A DNA stretch of 61,718 nucleotides, filler included, from Globobulimina sp. (lineage: Eukaryota): NCBI GenBank assembly GCA_003354225.1. It is 24 parts of 24 records of this genome, joined end to end, with 100 filler letters (N's around TTAATTAATTAA, not from the genome) between each part and the next. Parts side by side here need not be neighbours in the genome. Positions count along the whole stretch, not along the records: positions 20,617 to 23,092 come from PIVH01006458.1; positions 23,193 to 25,668 come from PIVH01006459.1; positions 25,769 to 28,244 come from PIVH01006460.1; positions 28,345 to 30,820 come from PIVH01006461.1; positions 30,921 to 33,396 come from PIVH01006462.1; 19 more parts are not named here. The stretch is one strand, 5' to 3'. Shown piece by piece: positions 20,922 to 32,388 of the stretch. The notes under the pieces are model-generated. The model searched no databases. It worked only from the letters and a program-made list of their open reading frames with translations, and was not told where the DNA came from. Made by a program: the position numbers and the translations under genes. The first letter of the stretch is position 1. Every line of letters starts with the position of its first letter.

Positions 20922-23019
20922 ATGTCACTGACGCAACACAGCCTCTTTGACTTTGATACGTGGATCCATCAAAATCAATTAACACCATTACAAAATGCAT
21001 TAATTGCTCTGGAATTTAATAACCTAACTTCTCTTTTATCATTATCCCGACCATTGATAGCTTTCATAATATCCTCGCACACATCATTGCAATCACTAAA
21101 TACAGATAAAAAAAATAAATTACAATTATTATTAATTGATGCACTTAAACAGCTTAAACAGCACCAAAACCATCAAGAACCACAAGAATTATTCCATAAA
21201 AATGGTGTTAAAAATGGCAAGGAACAAAAGTCACAGGACACATTTGTGATAATTACAAAGGAAGAAAACAAAGTATTGCAATCATTAAAAAACAAACTAA
21301 AAACTGTAGCAAAGTACGAATTTGAATTAAATGATTTACAAAAACAATATGAAATTCATAAAATTGAAGCAACGGATTTGTATAGAAAAGAAATGGAAAA
21401 TATTTGCAATATAATCAATGAAACGTTTGAAGCATTGCATTCTGCATTGGACAAACAACACAAATTGTTATTAAATAAAACGGATATTATAAAACAAACA
21501 GAGCTCAATAATAATATTGGATTTTTATCCAATTTTGAGCAAGAAATAAAAGAATGTGTTGCTGCATTGGATGATGAAAGAGAACTGATCACAAACTCCA
21601 TCAACAAATATCAAAACATAATGAGAAACTCAACTCAATGTTAAGTGGCATATATCCAACAACAGAAAGCTTATTATTTCAAACCACCTCAACCCATACA
21701 TGTGCATAGCATGTGTGCAGTTATTGGAATTTGATCAGGACTTAACAAACCGCAGTAATTTGATCTCATCGATGGGTGCTTCCGTGGACAAAAAATTTGT
21801 GTTTGCCACCAATAAATTGGATGATATCATGCGTTCAATGAATAACAAATTTAAAAAAGAGTTTGAATTTCTAGGACATTGGACGTTTGTAATCAGCGAT
21901 GTGATGCGAGATTTACAAAGCAATAAATATGAAATTGGAATCATTGACAAAATAACAAGTACCAATATTGTGGATGTGGACTGGATTGATAATGGATCAC
22001 TGGTTTTATATCTATCACAAACACCATTTGTATATAATAATAATGAGGAGAATGAGAAGAAGAATGAAATAAATAATTTACAATTGAAACAATATAAAAT
22101 AAGGTATAAATATATTGATAATGATAATGATAATAAACAAGAGTCGGAGACTGAGACTGATGATATACGGGACGATGAGTCCTATGATGACGAGGACAAA
22201 TTATTATTGTCAGAGATGGACAAACGAGAAGAAGATATATTTAATGATTTAATAAAAAAAGAGAATGAATGGACAGAAATTAGTTTTAATAATTTAGAAA
22301 ATGAATTTTTATCCACAATCCCATTAAAAATCAGACCATTTTGTCTGAATAATACAAATATCCGCAGACAATATCAATTTGTTTACATTGCGCAATTTAT
22401 TTGCATTCAAATACAAATTTCTTGTCAATTCAAATTAATTCGTAACAATATGTCTTTTTGGACCAAATATTGTCCCATTTATATTGTAACACAAAATAAT
22501 ATTGTTTTAAATGATAATTTACGGATTGAGGAGAATTCAAATCAAAATATAATTGATAATGATGAGAAATATAATGGCAATAATCATGAGAATGAGAATG
22601 AGAATGTGAGTGATAATGAGATTGTTGAAGATATGGAAGAGATCGAAGAAGAAGATTTAATATTTTCGTCCGGCATGGTTCGGGCGTGGCGGTTTGATGA
22701 AGAACAGGACAAATGGAGAGGGCGAGGCAAAGGAAATCTATTTTTATATAAAAATACACAATTTAATTCATTACGGATTATATTTAAAGATGTTAAACAT
22801 GAAAATAAAATCCGTTTGTTACAAAAAATTGATTATTTATATGAACATTGTGGTGCAAACGTATTGAATGAAGTGGAATGGCATGGAAATGATTACAGTA
22901 TGGATCCCCATCAGCCATTAAACAGTTTATGGAAAATAAAATTCATTGATCAACCTCAAAAAATTGACAAATTTATCATGATATTTAATAATGCCGTTGA
23001 CGATGCTATTCAAACATGA
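20922..23019 (+). CDS. Coiled-coil + acidic protein with a C-terminal RanBP1-like (RanBD) domain; intron 21640-21709
   Basis: EEEEDLIFSSGMVRAWRFDEEQDKWRGRGKGNLFLYKN..LRIIFKD..KIRL resembles RanBD (WKERG.G.VK). A 70-nt GTTAAGT..CATAG intron joins the two ORFs in frame. Confidence 0.72.
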
Positions 23020-24020
23020 TATTTTTTTTGATTTTGATTGTTAAATAAGCTCATTTTGATCCACGTTGAAAGCTGTACTCAAAAAATTAAACNNNNNNNN
23101 NNNNNNNNNNNNNNNNNNNNNNNNNNNNNNNNNNNNTTAATTAATTAANNNNNNNNNNNNNNNNNNNNNNNNNNNNNNNNNNNNNNNNNNNNGAAAATGA
23201 TCAGAAAAACGATTTCCTCTGAAAATAATTCTAATATCATTTTATACCCAGAAAACAGTCAGAAAACGTTTTTCTAAGTCAGACTTTGAAAATGCTGCAG
23301 CTTTGCTTACAAGTTCTTACGAATGAAATTTCAAATCGTCACGTAACAAAAATTATCACTGTTTATTGATAAAAATCTGCTGTATTATCAACGCATTGTC
23401 CAAAATTAATGAGATGACGAAAGGTTTTTATCGATGGAAACACCACTTTTATGCGATACTTCCAATAAATGCGAGACAAAGTGATAATGACAGACCAAAA
23501 TATAAAACGACCCAACTTCCAGCAACCATTACAAATAAATTCCATCGTTCATACAAAAGAGCTAAATCAAAAAATACGAAATTAAAAATACAAGAAAAAA
23601 TACAGATGAACGAACAATATAAACACTTTGTAATGAATGGAGAATATCCAACGTCTGAACTAGACCTCGTTTTGATTACAAATAAAAATAGAGAGAAACA
23701 CTGATTTTTGCGAATGCTTCGGTGATCATCAGATATTAATACAAGCACTAGCTGAAAATAAGAATAATATTGTTGTGGCTAAACTGATCATGAATATCAT
23801 AATCAATTTTGAAATAGGGAATAATCTGCCTTGAATTGATAAAGAAATATTCACCAAGATAAGAATGGAAACGCCAATAAACATTACTGTTTTACTTTGC
23901 AGCTGCTTTGCAGATCTCGGATTTTCGCACAAACCACACATTAAATTAATTTTCGATACGTTACGTTGCATTACTTTAAATTTAAATTATGGTTTATATC
24001 ATGTACACATTTGCAATACT

Positions 24021-24911
24021 AATGATGATGACGCATGGATCAGAGACACTGGACCCACTTTCTTGGTGAATAAAGATAACAAGCTTTCCGGAATTGATTG
24101 GTTTTTTAATGCTTGGGGGGGGGTTGGAAATCTGTATAACGAACATCAACAAACATGGCAACTTGAAGGATCTTACTTTCCATGGAAATTAGATGACATG
24201 GTTGCTAGGAAGGTTCTTGAAATTGAAAGAGCGTATAGATACCGTTGCCCTTTAATATTAGAAGGAGGCGCTATTCACGTAAATGGCCAAGGAACTTTAA
24301 TTGCGATTAAACAATGCATTCAGGGTAGAAACTCAAATCTTTCTCTAAAACAAATTGAAGATATCCTGTCCAAATATTTAGGTGTTAAAAATATTCTTTG
24401 GCTAAATAGAGGCTTATATATGGAAGAAAATGATGGTCACATAGATAACATGTGTTGTTTTGCAGACTCCAAAACAATTCTATTGAATTGGTGTGATGAC
24501 AAAAACGATCCTCAAAGTGAGATATCTAATGAAGCGTATGAAATACTAATGAATGCTAAAGATATTGATGGAAGTTGTTTTAATGTTATAAAAATACCAC
24601 AGCCTCCTGCTTTATACATTACTGAAGAGGAAAATATTGGTGTAGATTCTTCCGAATATTCAATTCCAAGAATTCCCAATGATAGATTGCCCGCATCATA
24701 TATCAATTCTTACATAATGAATAATGCAGTCATTATACCTTCTTTTTCATCCGAGTTTGATAAAAGCCCAAAAGAATATGATTTAAAAGCCTACAACTTA
24801 TACAAGAAAATTTTTAAGAACAGAAAGGTAATCCAAATACCAGCCGGAGAACTTTTGTTAGGAGGTGGAGGAATACACTGTTTATTACAACAAATACCCA
24901 AGAAAAACTAA
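24021..24911 (+). CDS. aguA: Agmatine deiminase (bacterial type), N-terminal part missing
   Basis: DDAWIRDTGP, DWFFNAWGG, LEGGAIHVNGQGT, GHIDN, RLPASYIN, GGGGIHCLLQQIP (catalytic Cys). The first ~52 codons of ORF 23865 are unrelated sequence. Confidence 0.9.
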   Translation, partial: NDDDAWIRDTGPTFLVNKDNKLSGIDWFFNAWGGVGNLYNEHQQTWQLEGSYFPWKLDDMVARKVLEIERAYRYRCPLILEGGAIHVNGQGTLIAIKQCIQGRNSNLSLKQIEDILSKYLGVKNILWLNRGLYMEENDGHIDNMCCFADSKTILLNWCDDKNDPQSEISNEAYEILMNAKDIDGSCFNVIKIPQPPALYITEEENIGVDSSEYSIPRIPNDRLPASYINSYIMNNAVIIPSFSSEFDKSPKEYDLKAYNLYKKIFKNRKVIQIPAGELLLGGGGIHCLLQQIPKKN

Positions 24912-24931
24912 TTTAGTTACGGAGGATGATT

Positions 24932-25668
24932 ATGGAAAAAAAAATTGCATTAGTAACAGGGGTTTCTAGAACAAACGGAATTGGATATGCCATCTGCATG
25001 AAATTATTATCAGAGGGTTATTTTGTACACGCTACTTACAATTCAGAAAATGAATGTGAAAGTGAATTCTTAGCTAAGTATGCCGATTGTTATAAAGTGC
25101 ATAAAGTTGACTTCACTGATAGAAATATACTCAACAATTTTATTTCAGATATTAAAGATCAAACTTTTAACCTAATTGTAAATAATGCAGGTGCCTTCCC
25201 GGAAGATGAGGACTATAACAATTATGATATGTCCATATGGGATGAAGTTTTTGCTGTAAATGCCACGGCACCTTTTGCAATCAGTACTGGCCTTAAAAAC
25301 TCTATGTGTAAAAATGGAGTTATTATCAATATTGCTAGCACAGATGGATTCAAAGGTGCATTCAGTAGTATGTCTTATGCAGCAAGTAAAGCTGCATTAA
25401 TCAATATAACTCAAAGTCTCGCTATAACTTTTGGTTATGACGAAATGAAAATTAGAGTTATTGCCATCGCACCAGGCTGGGTAAAAACTGATGTAAGCAT
25501 GATCCCCGAAATTTCATGGAAGGTTGCTCCACAAATGACACCGTTGGGCCGTTTTGCTGAAACTGATGAAATTGCTGAGTTTGTAAGTTTTCTAGCATCT
25601 GATAAAGCAAAATTTATTACAGGTTCTACTCATGTAATCGATGGTGGATTTAATTGTGTGGATTATAC
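24932..25668 (+). CDS. Short-chain dehydrogenase/reductase (FabG-like), bacterial, 3' end just truncated
   Basis: ALVTGVSRTNGIG, VNNAG, SYAASKAA, IAPGWVKT, FITGSTHVIDGG; GGAGG Shine-Dalgarno at 24921-24925, 6 nt before the ATG; 20 nt after the aguA stop. Confidence 0.92.
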
Positions 25669-25768
25669 NNNNNNNNNNNNNNNNNNNNNNNNNNNNNNNN
25701 NNNNNNNNNNNNTTAATTAATTAANNNNNNNNNNNNNNNNNNNNNNNNNNNNNNNNNNNNNNNNNNNN

Positions 25769-26549
25769 AAAATTAATATTCAAAAAATATTGGAAATTAT
25801 TATTTAAAATCTTTTATTTTTTATTAAAATTAATTGATAAAAATGGTACAAAATTATTTGGTCCGATAAATGAAAGAAAACAGGAATTGGGATATATGGA
25901 AAAAGAGATGGATGCAATATATTTCAAGTTATATAAATTATTGGATGTGTGTGATTCGTTGTGTTTGATTATTACTAAATGTTCGTATTATTTCACTTCG
26001 ACCACAACTGCAACGGTAAAACATTGGAAATTTTTTGTAAAATATAATTTGTTTGAATTGATGTGTAATGCTATACATTTTGAATATATATCTTCTTATC
26101 ATGATTATATGAATTGGGGCAGAAAACCATTGGGTAGGTGTCGTTATTTTCAATTGTTTTATGTTGCCTATGGATGCAATGTTAGATATCCAAAGATTTT
26201 ACAAAATAATCTTTGTTATGCAATTCGGAAATTAATTAAACATCCACAAAGTATACATTTTGTATCAAAAACGAGTTGGCTGCATACCGCGTTTGGTAAG
26301 AAACATAATTATCTGCAATATTCCATTTATAATAAACTTAAAATACGGCGGAATAAATTTAAGCAATCAAAAGAATGTCATTGCCCAAAATGTACTAAAA
26401 TTCAATTTGATGAAAAGGATATTTCTTTCAAGAAATGTGCAAATTGCCGTTTAGTGGTTTATTGCAGTAAGAAATGTCAAAAATATGATTGGTCGCGAGG
26501 TGGACATAGATTGCAATGTAATAAATTGAAAGATTTCAGATTAAAATAG
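25769..26549 (+). CDS. MYND zinc-finger protein (5' truncated)
   Basis: CHCPKC..FKKCANCRLVVYCSKKCQKYDW..GHRLQC. Confidence 0.88.
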
Positions 26550-26685
26550 TTATTTGACAAAAATCAGTAAGATTAAAAATAGAACTTTATGTTCGCTGGC
26601 CACAGGCCGGGTTAATCCGATTACCGTTTTTCTTTGTCGGATTAAACAACTTTTGATGCTCAAAAACTAGAAAAACATTAGTAGC

Positions 26686-28145
26686 ATGGCGCCACTTTTA
26701 TTTGTGTTTTTCCTCCTTTTGATGACGCAAACGAAAACCAAAAGTATATGTGATAAACCACTGAATCTTAACACTGCGCCAACATCAGAACTTGTTAAAT
26801 TGCCGTATATAACGAAAACAAACGCTGAATTAATCGTTGATATCCGTCCAATCTGTTCTCCATTGGAATTAGCAGCTGTACCAAAACAAATTAAAGGAAT
26901 TAATGAACGTCGATTGAATAATAATTGGGATTGGTTTAAAGGGAAACGATGTTCGACGACCTGTTGTAAGGCATATGCTGTCTGCCAACTTAAAATCGAC
27001 TCTGATTCGTACCATGATCCTATGCATGAATCTGTTGTATTTTGGTGGAAAGCTGGTGATTGGGATGTATGTACAACTAAATGTGGAAAAGGAACGCAAC
27101 ATCGAGCTATAAAATGCTATGATTATGATTCAAAGGTTGTTGATGATAAATATTGTATAACATTGGTTGACGACAAACCATTATCGAAGAGAGTATGTAA
27201 CGTTGATCCATGTCCAAGTTATGAATGGAAGCCTGATAAATGGGATGAATGTACTCCAGAAACAGAAACAGATACTGATATTAATTGCAGTCAACAACGA
27301 ACAATCAAATGTTACGACACATCTAATAATGAGTTATCTGCAGATTCAAAATGTGAGCATAAGAAAAGGGCACATACTGAACAAAAATGTGAATGTAAAG
27401 TACCAAAATATGCATACGATCATCGGTCGTTATTATGGATCGACGATAAAGGTATAAAGGTTGGCGGTGATGTTGTTGCTGTTGATTTATTGAATGAATT
27501 CAATTCGAAACAGTGTAATACTGAAATGTACAGAAATATTGACGATAAAGAAAAAATATTAATTACTCGAAGAGCGTGTACCATATACATTTATGTTCAT
27601 ATTCGTGGGGATGGAGCAGCGACAGATTCTGATTCTAGAATTGATGTTTCATGGTTTAGTTTGGACGCAACATTACAAGCAAACATTAATGAAGTTGATA
27701 GTGTGTGGAATGGGAAATATTTATCATGGCACGACTATAAACACGAAGGTGATGTTACAATGGGATTGCTTGAGATTGCTTTACCAAATAATGCGAATAT
27801 TGGAAAATTTTTATGTGATTTATATTATCGGAAAATGAAGGTGGCTGCTTTTACAGTATTTGTATTATTTAATCCGTATAATGCCGACGATGCGGTGTCT
27901 ATGAACTCGTTAATTGATCGTAATGAATATATAGAAAATGAATTTGGTTTAATATGGGTCGGCAATGCCGACGATAACTCTGCAATGAAATGGAAATACG
28001 ACCAATTTCATTTTCCAAATCTAGAAATTGCAATGAATTTATTAAATCGATTGACATTGAAATATAGAAATAACATTGTTTTAATCTCACGGCAAATCTC
28101 ATACGCTGTACAAGAAGATATATGTTATGGTAAATGGGGCCAAGG
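26686..28145 (+). CDS. Secreted protein: signal peptide + ComEA-like helix-hairpin-helix + two TSP1 (ADAMTS-type) repeats + unknown domain
   Basis: MAPLLFVFFLLL; PLNLNTAPTSELVKLPYITKTNAELIVDIRP..LEL..IKGI; WKAGDWDVCTTKCGKGTQHRAIKC and WKPDKWDECT..QQRTIKC. Confidence 0.75.
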
Positions 28146-28244
28146 ACCATATACATTTATGTTCATATTCGTGGGGATGGAGCAGCGACAGATTCTGATT
28201 CTAGAATTGATGTTTCATGGTTTAGTTTGGACGCAACATTACAA
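28146..28244 (+). repeat. 99-bp exact direct copy of 27580-27678 at the contig end
   Basis: accatatacatttatgttcat...gacgcaacattacaa is identical at both places; the second copy is read in a different frame. Confidence 0.95.
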
Positions 28245-28543
28245 NNNNNNNNNNNNNNNNNNNNNNNNNNNNNNNNNNNNNNNNNNNNTTAATTAATTAA
28301 NNNNNNNNNNNNNNNNNNNNNNNNNNNNNNNNNNNNNNNNNNNNAAAACATCCCCATCGACACTGGCAGACAAAACCAACCCTCCACTCTCTAATAATTC
28401 CAGCTATTCGCCTGTATCCAGCCACACTTCATCGCCGCAACCGCCATATGCAAACAATAAAAAGTTAATACAAAGCATCCTTGCACACATATACCAAATT
28501 TAACCCATTTAGCCCCATAACCTCATACCACAACAGTTTGAAT

Positions 28544-30130
28544 ATGACGCTGGACAAATTCAGCAAGGAAGACTTATTCAAATTGTTTGGCAAAGCGCGT
28601 AAAGAGAATCGTGTACTAAAACGAGGCAACGAGTCGTTAAAAGCGAAAAACAGAGACATATACAAAGCATTAAACGCCTCCAATCGACAAAATGAAGTGT
28701 TACAAATCGGCAATCAACACTTGAGAGAGGAATACAACGCATTAAAAACCAGACTGTCCACTGCCAATACTGACTCCTTACACAAATATGCCGCATTACA
28801 GGAAAAACTACGTCTGATGCAACGTACCAGTGAGGAGCGCATATCTTTAATCAAAACGCAGTCCGCCTCGTATATCGATGAAATCAATCGGTTAAATGAG
28901 CAGATTGATGCTTTATCCATAGATAATGAGAATGTACAGTGTAAAATCGGTGAGCAATATAGCGAGTTTACAGTGCAAATTAATGTGTTAAAACAGAGTA
29001 TGAATGCATTGGAAAAGGAGATGACTGAAAAGAATAAACAAAATGACATATATGAGCATGAGATTGAGCTCAGTCAACAGGAAATCAGTAACTACGAAGC
29101 ACAGATTGGAACATATAAAGACATGGCCAGGAAGGCGGAGACCAATTTGGATCGCATAGAGTCGTTAGAAGAGGAGTTACGGGATAAAATCCGCGAAAAT
29201 CATCAGTTACAAATCAAGACACGATCATTGAACCAAAATATTCAGAAATTAACGCTGAAATTGGAACAGCAAAACGTGGAAATGCAAGCTTTGCAGCACA
29301 TGCAAATACAAAATAACTCTGACTTGGAACAGTTAAAAAGCGATAACAAAACATACAAACAAGACAATGGATTATTGAATGAGAAATTGGACATTTTGTT
29401 GAAGGAAAATGCGGATAATACGTTAAAATCTGAGCGACAGATCGGAAGTATTGAGAATTACCACTTGTCCAAATACAAAACTTTGCTAAATTCGTTCCAA
29501 ATGATGAAGAAACGCATCGAAGCCAATAATAAAATGAATGAGATGCATGACAGTAATAATAATCATAGATACTCCAACATTGGATACAGCAATGAAGGAT
29601 GGAAGAAGTACCACGGTGACATTACATTGAATAATAAGGATTTGAATCAATATAAAAACAATTTGACATATTCTATAGATTTGGAGCTGGATGATGATGA
29701 ATTTAATGATAACATTAATGATTTGAATCACAATATAAATGCGATAAACAATACCAAGAGTGCAGGTTTTGTGTTTGATTCGGACAATAATAAGGTTCGG
29801 AAATACGAGAATCTGTGCAAGGAATACAAACATATTATACATTCGTTGCAGAAACAGCTAAAGCGGAGCGTGAATATGATAGAGTCGGAGAGGGAGACAA
29901 ATAAAAAGTTCCAAGCAGAGAATAAAAGATTAAGTAAACCAAAACATATAAATATTGATTATTTGAGGAATGTGTTGGTTAAGTTTTTGATATTAAGCGA
30001 ATATTTGACGGATGAACAGGTTGTGTTGATACCTGTGCTTGGATCCATTTTGAAGTTAAGTCAAACGGAAAAAGAGATGATTGACAATTCCTACAATCAA
30101 AACGTATATTTCATGGGCGCAGTTTCGTAA
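28544..30130 (+). CDS. GRIP-domain golgin (long coiled coil)
   Basis: Extended coiled coil; C-terminal INIDYLRNVLVKFL..EQVVLIPVLGSILKLSQTEKEMI is a GRIP domain with its conserved Tyr. Confidence 0.9.
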   Translation: MTLDKFSKEDLFKLFGKARKENRVLKRGNESLKAKNRDIYKALNASNRQNEVLQIGNQHLREEYNALKTRLSTANTDSLHKYAALQEKLRLMQRTSEERISLIKTQSASYIDEINRLNEQIDALSIDNENVQCKIGEQYSEFTVQINVLKQSMNALEKEMTEKNKQNDIYEHEIELSQQEISNYEAQIGTYKDMARKAETNLDRIESLEEELRDKIRENHQLQIKTRSLNQNIQKLTLKLEQQNVEMQALQHMQIQNNSDLEQLKSDNKTYKQDNGLLNEKLDILLKENADNTLKSERQIGSIENYHLSKYKTLLNSFQMMKKRIEANNKMNEMHDSNNNHRYSNIGYSNEGWKKYHGDITLNNKDLNQYKNNLTYSIDLELDDDEFNDNINDLNHNINAINNTKSAGFVFDSDNNKVRKYENLCKEYKHIIHSLQKQLKRSVNMIESERETNKKFQAENKRLSKPKHINIDYLRNVLVKFLILSEYLTDEQVVLIPVLGSILKLSQTEKEMIDNSYNQNVYFMGAVS

Positions 30131-30921
30131 TTTTTGTTGCATTTTATATGTATTTTGTTTTGATTATGTCGTTGGAAAACAGAACACATTGTTTCCAGAA
30201 AACGCAAATGCAAATTACAGTCCAGAAAAGAAGAAAAAACGCAAAAAAAGAAAAGAAAGGGACAAGAAAAAAGATGGTAACATGACAATGTAAATCGGCA
30301 ATATTTAACTGTTTTTTTTTTGTTTTGTTTTTATGTATATTTATATCATGAAAATGTTATTGTACTTGTTGTGATATCTCGTGCCAATACTGTTTAGATT
30401 CACAATCTTTTAGAACGAAAAAAAAATACGATATAGCTAGATATTATATTTATTATCTACAAACACAACAAATAGCAATCAACAAAAAATTAAATATTAA
30501 ATGCATACACACTCAGCCACATGAATAAATATATTTAATTTATAGAATACCTCCATCGCAATAAAAATATCGATTCCTGCAAAAAGTTTTTGTTTTTGTG
30601 TTTATTTTGTTGAGTTAGTAAGAGAGAAAAACAAATTGTTTATCTTATATATAATAGACAAAAATACAAGAGAACACATTACATTCCACCAAAAAAAAGG
30701 TCCTAAAAATATCAGTAAATAATCTCAAAAAATCTACAAATGCAATGATTTTGCATGCAAACGTATATGATTACGGTACAAAAACATAACAAATATAAAT
30801 CAAACACAAAAAAAGGATGANNNNNNNNNNNNNNNNNNNNNNNNNNNNNNNNNNNNNNNNNNNNTTAATTAATTAANNNNNNNNNNNNNNNNNNNNNNNN
30901 NNNNNNNNNNNNNNNNNNNNT

Positions 30922-32370
30922 GCTGGACATACCATCGTAATCGATGTTGATATGGATGAACCCATCGGCACTTAGAATGGCACAAAGAATGGAAAAGCAT
31001 ATTTTGTTTGCGGTGATAAACACGCTCTGTTCACTATAAAGGACAATTTAGCAGTATTACCAGAGGGAAAACCACAATGTTTACATCCAGAAACATTAAT
31101 TAATATTATCAACAATGATAAATTGGAACAAACTATGATTCAACATATAAATATTGCAGATAATATCTTATGTTATGATTTCTCATGCAACCAATTGAGA
31201 GTTTCTACTGTAACTAAAAAGTTCAAAGTCCATTTAAAAGATACTAAAAACAGTAAATTGGTGAAATTAACACTTATTAACAAGGACGCTCAAATAATAT
31301 GTATCCAATGTACAGACAATCATTATTTTTATGAAAGCAGTCAAAACAGATATAAGATGGTGAAAGAACTCGTCATTGGGAATCAGTTAAAATGTTATAA
31401 TGAACAATTACAAATTGTAACAGATGTGTCAGTACATAATATTGAGTATATTCAACACAGTACAAATATGGTAATTGTATATGATTTACGCATTGAAAGT
31501 TATCACAGTTATTTTGCAAACTCAATTCTTTGCCATAATATGAATCCATTACCACCAATTCCATCGATATCGATATCAAAAAAGCAGAATGCATTGCCAC
31601 CAATCCCTTCATCAAACGTACAATCTGATAACAGTCAGCAAATAGATTTAGATCCAGAAACATTAAAAAAAGAATGCGAAAAGGCAGAAAGAATCAAAAT
31701 AAGTGGTACTTTTTATAGGTATCAATTGAGCGAAGATGAAAAACTGCAACAAATTCAACATCCAACCATTGTGGGCAAGGTAATGCATAAAGAATATCAA
31801 TTATTTATTGGTCTATTTCAAGCGCGGCGGTTATTGCCCTCTGATCAAAGTGGTTTAAGTGACCCTTATGTTGTCATACATTGTTATGGCAAAACCTTCA
31901 AATCAGACATCGTCAATAAACGACTAAATCCAGTTTGGCATCGCGGATATTTGCAAAATATAATATTGCCGCACCCAATCAATTATTCACCGCCTCTTTT
32001 AGTACAAGTCTGGGACTACGATGCTTCGACACTAAAAAGTGGATATCATAAAAAAGAAAATGATTTCTTAGGTTCGTGTTATATATCAACACAAGATTTA
32101 ATTGTGGAGGAATTGAATGTTATTACTCCGAAACCAAAATGGTATCCGTTATATATTAATGATAAAAAAGATACAGCCAAACAAATTAAATTACAAAGTC
32201 AAGTTTTACTAAATTTACAATTAATATCTGGACATAATCAAAATATACAATCTTTGAATAAAGCTGTTACTATTTCTCATCAACAAAATGAAGAAAACGA
32301 CAATGATGAAAAAAAAGAAGAAAAAGCGTCAGAAATAACGAAAGCAAATACATTTGGAGAAAAACTTTGA
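30922..32370 (+). CDS. CAP-Gly-like + Hint (intein-like) + ferlin-type C2 domain protein; 5' truncated; in-frame TAG at 30973
   Basis: Upstream in-frame translation: VDMDEPIGT*NGTKNGKAYFVCGDKHALF (CAP-Gly). Hint at 31078-31539. C2: LFQARRLLPSDQSGLSDPYV..LNPVW..PPLLVQVWDYD..DFLG. Confidence 0.8.
31078..31539 (+). other. Hint / bacterial-intein-like (BIL A-type-like) autoprocessing domain, 154 aa, no endonuclease
   Basis: Block A CLHPETLI; block B IQCTDNHYFY (TxxH) then VKELVIGNQL; blocks F/G VYDLRIESYHSYFANSILCHN; +1 residue is Met. Confidence 0.9.
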
Positions 32371-32388
32371 AACATTATTATCGCTCTA

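Noticed and set aside
23865-24020. Novel N-terminal extension on agmatine deiminase
   Set aside because: It replaces rather than extends the conserved N-terminus and overlaps unrelated minus-strand fragments; treated as a junction product
30973-30975. TAG read as Gln (ciliate-type code)
   Set aside because: No other in-frame TAA/TAG in more than 460 downstream codons rich in CAA, and TAA/TAG terminate other genes; a point mutation or error is more likely
31078-31542. Canonical mobile intein in a ferlin
   Set aside because: No endonuclease, +1 residue is Met, and the domain sits in an inter-domain linker rather than a conserved active-site motif; reported as BIL-type Hint instead
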